Shown here one piece after another: positions 37,167 through 48,819 of a stretch of DNA of 64,000 nucleotides (its first letter is position 1; each line of letters starts with the position of its first letter). The position numbers and the translations under genes are program-made. The stretch is from positions 104,408,001 to 104,472,000 of the forward strand of contig OX597817.1 in the NCBI GenBank assembly GCA_951406725.2, given 5' to 3'. The notes under the pieces were generated by a model that worked only from the letters and a program-made list of their open reading frames with translations, was not told the origin of the DNA and ran no database searches. This DNA comes from Octopus vulgaris. Lineage: Eukaryota.

Positions 37167-37540
37167 CATCATCATCATCATCATCATCGTTTAACGTCCG
37201 CTTTCCATGCTAGCATGGGTTGGATGGTTCAACTGGGGTCTGGGAAGCCAGAAGGCTGCACCAGGCCCAGTCTGATCTGGCAGTGTTTCTATGGCTGGAT
37301 GCCCTTCCTAACGCCAACCACTCCGTGAGTGTAGTGGGTGCTTTTTATATGCCACCGGCACAGGTGCAAGGCAAGGCTGGCAAACGGCCACGATCGGATG
37401 GTGCTTTTTACGTGCCACTGCACAGAGGCCAGTCGGGGCAGCGCTGGCAACGGCCACATTCGGATGGTTCTCTTACGTGCCACTGGCACTGGTATCACAG
37501 CTACAATTTCCATTGATGTTGATCCATTTCGATTTTGATA
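37167..37540 (-). mobile_element. RTE LINE 3' UTR-only insertion
   Basis: (CAT)n tail then the reverse complement of the RTE 3' UTR including GGTGCTTTTTACGTGCCAC modules. Confidence 0.9.
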
Positions 37541-38282
37541 AAAAAAAAAAATGAACAAGGTGATCGCAGCTTGTATTCCTCTTATCAGAGCTGAACAGGG
37601 ACCAAACCACTGGGTGAAAGGAAACAAAATCATAGGTTAACAATCAACTTTGAATGTGTTTTCACGGATACTTGTGGACTTGGTCCCTACTGCTGAGATT
37701 TGAAAGTTTCCCTACTGTTCATTGAGAATTCCTCTTTGGCTTGTTTCCTAGTCTTTTACAGTTTCTTTCACATCCAAGATACATTATATAGCAAGGGTGG
37801 GGAACTCTTCCAGTACCTACAACTGATTGAAATTGTATCCTGGTTCTCTGTTGGTTGCAATGTCAAATATTCCAGATGAGCCGATCAACTGAACAGCCTG
37901 TTCATGAAATTAACATGCAAGTGGCTGAGCGCTCCACAGACATGCATACCCTTAATGTAGGTCTCAGGGAAATTCAGCATGACACAGAATGTGATATGGC
38001 TGGCCTTTTGAATTACAGGTACAATTCATTTTTGTCAGCTTGGTGGACTGGAGCAACAAGAAATAATGTGTCATGCTGGATGACACAATGCACCACTAGG
38101 AATCAAATATCCTAGTCACTAAGCCATGCAATTCCTCTCTCTGAAATTGTTTAACACCTGTAGAACATGTCGATGCTTAGGAAAAATAAAGAATCTTTAA
38201 GAATTCATAGGTATTCACACAATCACACCAACTATCATTAATTAAAATGATAAAATGCCCAGAAAGTTACATGGATATAAAA

Positions 38283-41208
38283 TACTGAAACACCAAAAGC
38301 GTCAGTGTTGAAAATCGGTAATCTTATAGAATAGAACTTCCTAAACAAATAATTTCTTTGGATATATATGTTTTAATCATTACAGGTTGTGATTCTGACA
38401 AAAAAAAAATTTGATTCTTCCAAAAACCTCAAAAGTTCAAATTTTGAGGCTTCCTTACTTTCCCTAACTTTTTCATCCTGAAACTTTTCCCGTATTTTTT
38501 TTTCTTTTTAGGGGGCGGAGATTTACAGTTTTTAATAATTGGAGATTACAATTATATAAAATTGAATTCTCACAAATTTCACTTCGAATTTTTTTAAACG
38601 TAAATTCCAATATTCAAAAAAAATATGTATATATAAAAATGTAAGAAAGTGAAGTTTATAGTAGTTATAATGCAGATTTCGAATCTATTTTTAGAATTTT
38701 TCTATCAGGCATGGTTTTTATGTGACAGAGTAATTAAATTATACAATAAATGTACTATATTAATGCAGAAATAAGAATGACAATTATAATTAGTGTACAG
38801 TATTAATGAAAATGTGTGTCCCACAAACAAAAGTAGATGAACTAAATAGCATTTTATCTGCAGAATTTAAGTGTGTTTTCAGATCTTTTCTGTAAGTCAT
38901 GTTTTTCTGTGATAGCATATGTAAATTGTTAAACAATTGTATTTCACAAATTCAAAAATCGGGCTGATATTACAAGAAAACTTACCTTTAAAATGTAGAG
39001 GCGTATGATTTTCAACTATTTAGCTTCTGGAACATCCCTTTTTAGTGACCAACAACAATCAGCCAACATAGAAGAGCTCCACTTTCCTTGGTACCAGATT
39101 TTCATCTTCAGAATGTTTTGCTGAAACCTCTTGCTGTACTCATCACTGACAGCCCCAAGATTTGTAGGAAAAAAGTCCAAGTGAGAGTTCAAGAAGTGGA
39201 TCTTTAGGTTCATATTGCATCCCAAGCTTTTTTATGATGTGAGTGGCTCTTTCACAATGTCAGAATAGTTCACAGCTCTGTGATTCCCCAAAACCTCTCT
39301 GCAAACTTTCTTAACCCTTTCATTACCAACCCAGCTGAATCCAGCTCTGACTCTGTAGTACAAATGTCTTGTTTTCATAAGTTTTGAATTAAAATCCTCC
39401 ACCAAATCTTAGTCACAGTTTATGTTCCTGACACTAGCTGAATGATAACTAAGTTATTTTACTAAATTCTTTGTCATATTTAAAATAATTGAAAGAAACG
39501 CAGAGCATCTCAACAGAAATATGGTAACAAAAAGGTTAAATGACAGCTACACAGCTTTTTCATCATCATTGAGCTCTTCAAACTTTTGGTCTCCCATCGG
39601 CTCTCTAATCTGTGGCCCAACAAAAATACCTTCCTTAATTTTTGTGTCACTTACTCTTGGAAATTTAGTTTTAAAATACGTGAATCCCTTGCCAGTTCTA
39701 TCCATACTTTTTACAAAATTCTTCATTGACCCTAGCTTAATATTCAAAGGAAGCAGATAAATTTTCTCAGAATCAACAGGGGGAGGATTGATGACATTCT
39801 TTTGTTAGAGGATCAAATGATCATTTTGGCCATACATTCTTTTCATAATTTTTCTCATCCCAACTGTCCCACTCACAGAGAAAGCAACAAAACTTGGTGT
39901 AACCCATCTGCATTCCAAGTAAAAGTTTCACAACCTTTAGGTCACCAACAAATATTCCATTTATGTTCCTCATACTTAATTTTTTGCAACAGAAGCTTCA
40001 TGCTCTCATATGTTTCTTTCATGTTAGCTGCGTGGTCCAGAGGAACAGAAGGAAACTTATTTCCATTGTGGAGTAAAACTGCTTTCCAGCTTACTTTTGA
40101 GGAGTCAATAAACAAACGCCACTCATTTGTGTTATATTTGTGGTTAAGTTCCTCCATAACAGGATATACATTATTACAAAACACCATACCATCCTCAAGT
40201 GAGAAAATTTTGAAAAATCACAATGCATAGCATGATAAAAACTAACTTTGGTCTCCTGGAGAAGATTCCAGCCCTTTAACCTGGAACAAAGAAGTTCAGC
40301 TTGCTTTTTCGATAAGTTTAAATCATGTACAAGATCATTCAGATCTCCCTGACTCAACAAATGTGGTTCACTTGAAGAACTGTTTGGCTTAAAGTCCATG
40401 TCTTCTGTTTCTTCCTTCACACTTCATCATTTGACTCATTGTCACTCAGTGTCATTTTTTTTTGGGTGGGGGTCAGGTACAGTTAAGTGTTGACTGTGAA
40501 GTACTGGTCTCATGGCAGATTGTAAATTAGGATGTTTTACAGTATGCTCGAATTTTGATGTTATACCTCGTATATTCATCAGAGGTAGCAATCTGATCTT
40601 TGAGCTCTCTCCAAATCATAGGGATGGCAAAAGGCATATGGCATGAACCTTTGGCCCATGCAGTGAGAAGCCTGACACAGGTTACCCAACACACATGAGG
40701 AGCTTAGCTTTTATCCTGATTACCCACTTTGCAGTCAAAATAATGCTCATAGCACTTTTTAATTAATGTCGTGAAACACCACCTTTGTGACTTGAATGTC
40801 ACCGTAAATATAGCAAAAGTTGTCTGCAATGTTTATACAGTTTCTTGGCATTATGAAGGTGAATGGAATATGTGAACTTAATACACAATTGCACACCTAC
40901 ACTTCAAGCACAACACTGACAAAGTATTGGTGACTCATTGACTCAGTGTTGCCAAGCTTTGGTGACTCGTTGACTCAGATAGCTAGATTTATGATTTCAT
41001 TAGGTTAATTCTATTCATAAGCATTTAAATAAGGAGTATTTCTTAAACCATTAGCTTCACATTTCAACAGCTCAACTGAAAGGGATATCGGGGAACAGAG
41101 AAACTGTAGGTGATACAGATAATTTGACATTATTTTTGAATTCTGCATTCAAAAACATATAAGATACAGGTATTCTTTTTCTTGGGACAAATTTTTTGTT
41201 GACCAGTG
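38283..41208 (-). mobile_element. Chapaev3-type (CMC superfamily) DNA transposon with disrupted transposase (about 40851 to 38990)
   Basis: MPRNCINIADNFCYI.., PFAIPMIWRE, EWRLFIDSSK, NIKLGSMKNFVK, KIKEGIFVGPQIR, LKIHFLNSHLDFFP.NLGAVSDE..RF. Terminus CACTGGTCAACA at 41208. The other end is approximate and the superfamily label is from memory of the motifs. Confidence 0.75.
39315..39535. mobile_element. piggyBac-type MITE nested in the transposase
   Basis: ttaa CCCTTTCATTACC ... GGTAACAAAAAGG ttaa. Removing it and one TTAA restores the frame LSFKKVCRE. Confidence 0.9.
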
Positions 41209-41947
41209 TCATTTATCTACATTTACAACTATTTGCAACCCTTATTGAAGATAGATAATAGTAATTGAAAACTGTAGCAATATTTCATTCACTAACTAGA
41301 CAGGCATATAACAACATGACAGCCAAAACTCAGGATCTTTAGCAAGACACAACTTCATGTATGGATGTACCTGATGAGACCCAAACTGCAAAATTGATGC
41401 AACACATGTTGAAGGGAGTCTCACCCATAAGGGACAGTAGCAGGATGGGTCAAAATGACCATTTTATAAAATAAAGATTAATACGAAATCCACCTTCTCA
41501 TTACTTAAGAAATTATTATATATATATATAATACAGTGTACATTTAAACACATGAGGAATCCACTCGTGGGATTCAACACGCTAGAAAGAACAGCTAGGT
41601 TCCATAACCAAAAATTAGGGATAAAATTTGACAAGAACGAAATGAAAAAATAAAAACATTTTACCATCTAGTTTCCTGGACCAATTGGTTTCTGATTTTA
41701 GTTTAGCAAGTAAATCACATATATTCACTAGGTGAAATCGTCCTCAGCAGGAACACCTTGGGTTAAATATATAAACACAAGGTGAACAAACTATGTGCCT
41801 CTTGTTTATACATCCTAATTTTTTCAAAATCTACAGCACAGCCACAGTCCTTTGGACTAAATTTTTACACGTTAGGCCACTGGAAATGAAAATTTTAATT
41901 AATTTCCATTTCCCTTTGAATATGATTAAGTATATATATATATATAT

Positions 41948-42258
41948 TACTGTGATCACTGTGACCAACCAGGCTATCAGATGTTGCTACACATCGCTGG
42001 TCACAATGCACTTCGCATTGCTTTAGCCTTCAAATGATGCCACCCTGCTGGCTAAGCAAGCAGGCCAACAGAAGAAAGAGTTTGAGAAAGTTGTGGCGAA
42101 AGAGTACAGCAGGGATCGCCACCATCCCCTGCCGGAGCCTCGTGGAGCTCTAAATGTTTTCGCTCAATAAACACTCACAATGCCAGGTCTGGGAATCAAA
42201 ACCACGATCCTATGACTGCAAGTTTGCTGCCCTAACCACTGGGCCATTGCGCCTCCAC
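41948..42258 (-). mobile_element. tRNA-derived SINE, family 3
   Basis: Reverse complement of 3948-4258, inserted in (TA)n. Confidence 0.9.
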
Positions 42259-42464
42259 ATATATATATATAGTATTCAAATTTACAGAAAATGAAAGACA
42301 AAGACAGGTGAGGGAACAACAAGCAGGTGTATTAGTTTAATGCTCAGGAAGAATAGAAAAGTCTTTCTTGTTTCAAGCCTATGCTCTTCAACAGAAAGGA
42401 TTAAGAAGAAAAAAACGCTGAAAGAGACAAAAAATGTGTAAGGATTAACGATTCAATATGATAT

Positions 42465-42512
<48 letters not shown>

Positions 42513-42955
42513 ACAACATATGTAAACAAACTTTTTTTTCCTGTTTTCGGAAGCATTGAATGTGTATTGTATCATACAGACAAAATAGTAACATTTTGTA
42601 GCTTAATAGGTAGAGTACTCAGCCGGTATCTGGGCAGTGTGGGTTCAAGTCCCATAGCTGTCTGCTAACAATATTTTACATCATATAAGGGTAAAATACC
42701 CATTCTTTCTGCTGTTGTCACGGCTTTACTGCATTTGAAAATATTTCTTTCTTGCCTGTATGATACGATATATATATTTATACACTATATATATATCCTT
42801 TCCCTCTCTTTCTCTTTGGCACTGCTGGTGCTTAGTATCAAGTCAGTTCCCTTTTAGTGTATATTACATTTCATATATAGAAATTGATAATACTATTTTA
42901 TGCTTCTATGTAATGTAGCTGTTATTGTTATCAGAGATTTAATGTTTTCTAATAG

Positions 42956-43085
42956 GAGATTTTACTCTCTATCATCAACTGAGAGTGACAGCAGTGATGA
43001 TCCACCAGACGAGGAATTGGAGAAAATTGGGAAAGAACCTATAGAATTTTCATATGAAAATACTGATGAATTTCCTGAAAACTGG
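42956..43085 (+). CDS. EEF1AKMT1: EEF1AKMT1/N6AMT2-like methyltransferase exon (RFYSLSS...DEFPENW)
   Basis: Acceptor ttttctaatag and donor TGG|gtaagt. Ends in ENW, which precedes SQFWY in this family. Confidence 0.8.
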
Positions 43086-43282
43086 GTAAGTTTATTTCTT
43101 TGCAATTAGATCAAATGTATTCAAAGTTAATAGTATTTCAGTGTGACAGACAGCATTTGTTGATGATCAACAACAGAGATTGCTGACAAAACCCTTTTAT
43201 ATAACCCAAATCAATCATAAAAATATTAATACATTTTTACCTCACAAAATATGACATAATCTAGTATGAATATATAAATATA

Positions 43283-43625
43283 GGCATAGATATGGCTGTG
43301 TGGTAAGAAGTTTGCTTCCTAACCACATTGATCTGGGTTCAGTCCCACTGCATGACACCTGGGCCAACCAAAGACTTGTGAGTGGATTTGGTAGATGGAA
43401 ACTGAAAGAAGCTCATCTTAGGTGTATGTGTTCATGTTTGAATTTATTCCCTATTACCACTTGATAGTGTTGGTTTGTTTACATCTCTGTAACTTAGAGG
43501 TTCAGCAAAAGAGAAAGATAGAATAAGTATCAGGCTTAAAAAAATAAGTACTAGTGTCAAATTGTTCAGTTAAACACTTCAAGGTGATACCCTGGCATGA
43601 CTGCATTAGGATGACTGAAACAAGC
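43283..43625 (+). mobile_element. SINE family 1, diverged
   Basis: Head GGCATAGATATGGCTGTGTGGTAAGAAG, core TTGTGAGTGGATTTGGTAGATGGAAACTG and TGACTGAAACAAG tail. Confidence 0.8.
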
Positions 43626-45191
43626 AAGCAATAGCAGATTATAAGCTACATTTTGTGAAGATTTTAAACCCAAGTTGAACAAAAATCATTTTCAGAAAAC
43701 CTACAGTTATCACTGTTTTTTTTATGTAACAGTATGTTATATTAATTCAGAGAGCTGAAGCTAAGTATAATAGTCTGTAAACAGTCTAAGGAAATTTATG
43801 CTTGCTTGCTTCATGCTCTTGCTTTATGGGGCTGGAGTTATCCCAGGTTAGTGGTCCCACAGGCATCATCATGTGTAGAATCGACAGGTTCACTAATGCT
43901 CTTCACCACTGGCAGTCCTGTGCCAGTCCCTCTGCATCCTCCAAGGTGACATTGAGCCTCTGGAGATTTTTCCCAATCACGTCCAGCCATTTGGTGCAGC
44001 ACCTGCCACAAGGCCTCTTCCAACCTGTAGCTACTGCATCGTATGAGAGGAAAGCCCTAGTAGGATGATCTAGTGGGAGACAGAGTACATGACTGTATCA
44101 GCACATGCAACAGACAGCTATGAGGTGGGAGGAAACTTTTAATTAAAATAATCTATGCACTTCTGTATTAAATGTAGAAGTGATGACGAGTGACAATTCT
44201 GTAAATAATAATAATATTTTAAAGCTTAAATCTTATAAATAACCCATTTTTTTTCCAACAAGGGCTTATATACCCCAATATTAGACTATTTTCTTTAGTC
44301 TATTAAACTTGTAAATATTATTATTAAAATATTCTGCTTGTTGTATGTGTGCTATGAATGGAAAAAGAGTTGCGTTTGATATTTGATGTATTTGATTGAA
44401 AATAGATGTTTATTTCATAGATGTAGAAAACGCAGAATCAGTTTCATGTAGAACATCATTCACACATATTATGATGGAATGATTGTTATGCATTTTACAT
44501 TTCTGCCAAATATGGATGTAATTTTTTAGTGTAATATTTTTTTTTGTCATGAATAATGAGAGAATTTTGACAGAAAAGAAGTTGCTTCAGAATAACCACC
44601 ATCATTGTTATCATTTTAACATCCACTTTTGCATGCTTGCATGGGTCAGACAATTTTTCTGCAGCTGGATGCCCTTCCTATTGCCTGCCCTCACCAATTT
44701 CCAAGTAAGGTAATTTTCCCCATGTTTGCAAGGAAAATGAAAGCAAACAACACTACATGCATGACAGTGACACTTGTTTACAGCTGTCACACAATGTTAA
44801 GGCAAGGGGGAGAGAGAGAGAGAGTCACACACACACATATATATATATATAAGAAGCTTCTATCAGTTTCTGTTTACCAAAATCGCTCACAAGGCTTTGG
44901 TTGGCCTGAGGTTATAGTAGTAAACACTTGCCCAATGTGCCATGCAGTAGAACAGCACCTGAAGCCAAGTGGTTGGGGAGTAAACTTCTTAACACAGCCA
45001 TTTCTGTGCCTTAAATATTTTTAAGTAAATATAGGAAATAGAAGAAATTATGCATACATATTTGCATAAAGTAAATATTTATAAATAACCAATATTTTTT
45101 ACATTTCGTGAAAAACTCATACTTGCTATTTATTTGATTTATATCTAAACTGCTGAATATTCCTGAATCAATTTTTTCTTTTGGTTTCTAG

Positions 45192-45286
45192 TATTATAGT
45201 CAATTCTGGTATGATGAACCAACTATTAAGCTTATAACGAATAAGATCCGTGAAATAAGTAAATCTTATAAAAAAAAAGAAGTACA
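45192..45286 (+). CDS. EEF1AKMT1: EEF1AKMT1-like exon (YYSQFWYDEPTIKLITNKIREISKSYKKKEV), absent from the ORF track
   Basis: Acceptor ttttttctttggtttctag and donor CA|gtaagt. Contains the family hallmark SQFWY. Phase 0 in and phase 2 out both match the neighbouring exons. Confidence 0.9.
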
Positions 45287-46019
45287 GTAAGTATTTACAA
45301 TTACATATTTTGGATGTCTGCTTCAGCTCAAATAGTTTCATTATATCATTTTCATTATGGGGTTTAAAAAAAAACCCATAGTTATGTCCCTTTACATAAA
45401 CGAGTCCTATATCACTCAAGTTGACTTTGTCTTTAGTCTGTTCATCTATATTAATAAAAGCGAAATGTGTCTGGGACATTTTACTCTACATAGACATATA
45501 CCTTTTTGGAATCAGGATGATTCCAGGATTGAAAACCTGTCCTTCATTTGATTCTTGAACATACAGTATTGGGATCTAATTTAAAAGCATTTGGGTTGCT
45601 ATTTCTAGCGACCGTGAGAGGTTTCAATGTCATAGTACAGTTACTTCCCTTAGCCTTAAGTTATAGTAAGGAATTTAGTAGTTCTTTTATATTTTCCAGT
45701 CATCAGACTGCGGCCACACAGGAGCACCATCTTGAAGAATTTTAATCAAACAAATCGACACCAGCTCTTTCTTTTTTTATGCCTGGTACTTTTTTTATAG
45801 GCCTCTTTTACCAAACCGCTACGTTACATGAACATAAACACAGCTACACCAATTATCAAGCGGAGTGGGGGACAGAAACAGACACAAAGTCACAAATCAT
45901 ATATGTTTATATGTATGTCATTATTCAGTTTATTTCAAGATTTCTCGCCAATAGAGAAAGAACTGGTTTCTGATCTAGGTCCAAGGCTCCTTCATTGGAA
46001 TTTCAACATCAACAACTTC

Positions 46020-46722
46020 CCTTAACTTACTTTATCAAATGTAATTCTTATTTATTCGCATTGTTTTGAATTAATCATGCATTATCTTGCAGCTTTGAGA
46101 TTCCATTAATGTGTTTATTTTTAAAATGACATAGCAGGGTGGGTCTGAGAGGCCAGATCTGGCCTGTTTCAGCATAAACAGGCAGAATATTTGGGCTGGA
46201 TATGGACAGTTTAAGTGCTAAAGGGTTAAACCTCTCCACAACTGCATAACCCTTTAGCATTTAAACCAGCCATATCCAGCCAAAATTTTCCATTTGTTTT
46301 ATGTTCAAACTGACCAGATCCAGGCTCTCACACCAACCCTACAATGTTATTTTACATTAAACAACCACATCATCGAAATCCCAAGGAAATGAGATAATGC
46401 CTGATCAATTCAAAACAATGTGAATCAATAAGTATTACATTTGATAAAATAACCTGAACACTAAAGGGTTAAAGAAATGGATCGCCCTCAATACATTATA
46501 TGAAGAGAACATTTTTGTCAGTAACCAAACATACTTTAACTCTTTTGCAACCAAAATATTCCACGTGTTTTATTTTCAAACCAACCAGATTCTGCTTCTC
46601 AGACCTACTTTACACGGTTATTTTAAAATTTTGAGGCTACAATATGATGCATGATCAATGCAAAAGAGTGTGACTGTATAAGCATTACATTTGAAAGGGT
46701 AATCTGAATGCTAAATGGTTAA
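46020..46722. mobile_element. Three clustered TTAA-type MITEs
   Basis: Copies ending GCTAAAGGGTTAA (46229), spanning TAACCCTTTAGCATT to CTAAAGGGTTAA (46247-46472), and ending GAATGCTAAATGGTTAA (46722). The first two are inverted relative to each other. Confidence 0.8.
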
Positions 46723-47119
46723 GATTATAGAGTTTCCATTTCATACTTAGATGAGTTTAACTATTGCAGTTCTTAAGAATGTTTGTTTCATTAGTGACAA
46801 CAAGGAATGACTACTGATAAAAAGCTTTCAATAAACCAGGCAATTAAGTTGGATTAAATTTGATTTGTATATTCAGTTACTCCTGCTCTGTCTATCTCGC
46901 TGTCTGTTTTTGTGTGAGGGTGCACACATGAGTGTAAGTGATGATCATATTAAAATTTGAGTGAATTTGCTATAAAACCAATGTATGCACACACACATAC
47001 ACACACACACACATACACACACACACACATATATATGATAATATGAGGGAATATTATTCCAAACTTACAGGAAAAAATTCAATTTAGAAATACTAAATCA
47101 AATTTCACAAAATATAATA

Positions 47120-47617
47120 TATATATATATAAATTAGAAAAAAAAAACCTCCTTTTATCAATTCAATAATAAAAAATTAAATTATATATTAGAAAATTAT
47201 ATATTATAGAAAGATTAAATATATGATAAAACATATAACGATGATTAAGTAATGTGCAAAATAATAAATGAAACGTATATATTTGATAGAATAATGACAC
47301 ATGTTCGTGGCTATATTTAAGAAATGATAATAGTAAAAATAATAGTAGTAGTAGTAAAATCACTTCAATATAAATATAGCCACTCTTCAGGTTAAAGATA
47401 ACAACAATAATAATAAAATAATTAATTAGATAAATTAATAAATATACGTAAATAATCTTATATTCTACCAAATATATACTTTTATTTATTATTTTGCACA
47501 TTACTTAATCATCGTTATATGTTTTATCTTATATTTAATCTTTCTATAATATGTATTTTTCTAGATGGTATAATTTAATTTTTCATTATTTAATTGATAA
47601 AAGGTGTTTTTTTTATA

Positions 47618-47625
<8 letters not shown>
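47120..47625. repeat. AT-rich inverted repeat (about 175-bp arms, about 165-bp spacer) within (TA)n
   Basis: AAAACATATAACGATGATTAAGTAATGTGCAAAATAATAAAT (about 47230) is mirrored by ATTTATTATTTTGCACATTACTTAATCATCGTTATATGTTTT (about 47485). Confidence 0.85.
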
Positions 47626-47657
<32 letters not shown>

Positions 47658-47691
47658 GTATGTACATACATACATACATACATGCATGCAT

Positions 47692-47808
47692 GAATGGAAC
47701 AGTTTTTTGCCAGTAGAGACAAAATAATTCTTTGAGAAGAGAATAATGGGTTTGTTCACAAGATGGCAGAAGATAGTAGAATCAAACATTAATTATATCA
47801 TTGATTGA
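47692..47808 (+). mobile_element. Mariner transposase C-terminal remnant
   Basis: Reads FFAS.D..FFEKRIMGLFTRWQKIVESNINYIID*, typical of the mariner C-terminus. Confidence 0.7.
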
Positions 47809-48819
47809 ATAAATCACTTTGTGTTTAAAATTTGTCTTATTTTCAGATACATACATGCATGATGGTTTTCTTTTCAATTTCTAACACCTGAATCCAATTA
47901 CAAGGTTTTTACTCAACCCTGGGCTGTACTAAGAGAGACTTGCTCAAAGTGTCACATGGTGGAACTGAACCCAAGACCATACTATAATCAAACTATCTGT
48001 TTTATTGTTACTTATTGCTTGTAGAATTATTAGTGGACTCTTATGTAGATAGATGTGTGTGTGTGTGTGTGTGTGAGTGTGTGTGTATGCACATGTATTT
48101 TTTTTTTGTATGTAAGCATATGAATATGAAAATAAACAGATCAACATACAGATGGATAGGTACATAGGTTATAAGAACAGACAAGCACACATACGCAAAT
48201 GGAGACTGAAACACATGACCATATATACACACTCACTTTACTCCACACAAGGACACATATGGAGACACGGGTTCACACATATAGAGATGCACATCTGTTG
48301 CAAAACACACACACACAGGCATTCACACACAAGGAGACAGAGGTGCATACATATACAAATACATGCTCACACACACACATACATAGAAAATACACAAACA
48401 CGGACATGCAAGCACATGAATATGCAGAATACATAGATACAGATGCACAACATACATATATGCATACACACACATGCATACATACGTACACACATACATA
48501 CATACATGCATGCATAGGCACATACACACACACTGACCCACACACATGCGCAGAAACAAACAAAAAGGAACGCAGTGTAAATAACGGACAGAGTCAAGAC
48601 TATTGAAAAGGTTGCAAGACACAACAAAAATTTTAGGAAAATAGAAATAAGAAATAAGTGGAAATTACCAGTGAGTGTATTAAATTATAAGGCACAAAAA
48701 GAAAATGACTCTCCCCTGATACAACAAAGTATAGATCCACAGACACACACACACACACACACACACATACATACAAATATATTATACACATACACACACA
48801 CTCACATATATATATATAT

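Noticed and set aside
41665-41755. Hammerhead on the minus strand (ctgctgag...gaaaccaattggtc)
   Set aside because: The core is mutated and stem I does not close properly. At most a decayed relic.
42592-42665. Possible tRNA gene
   Set aside because: A- and B-box-like motifs are present but the acceptor stem does not pair. More likely a SINE head or tRNA pseudogene.
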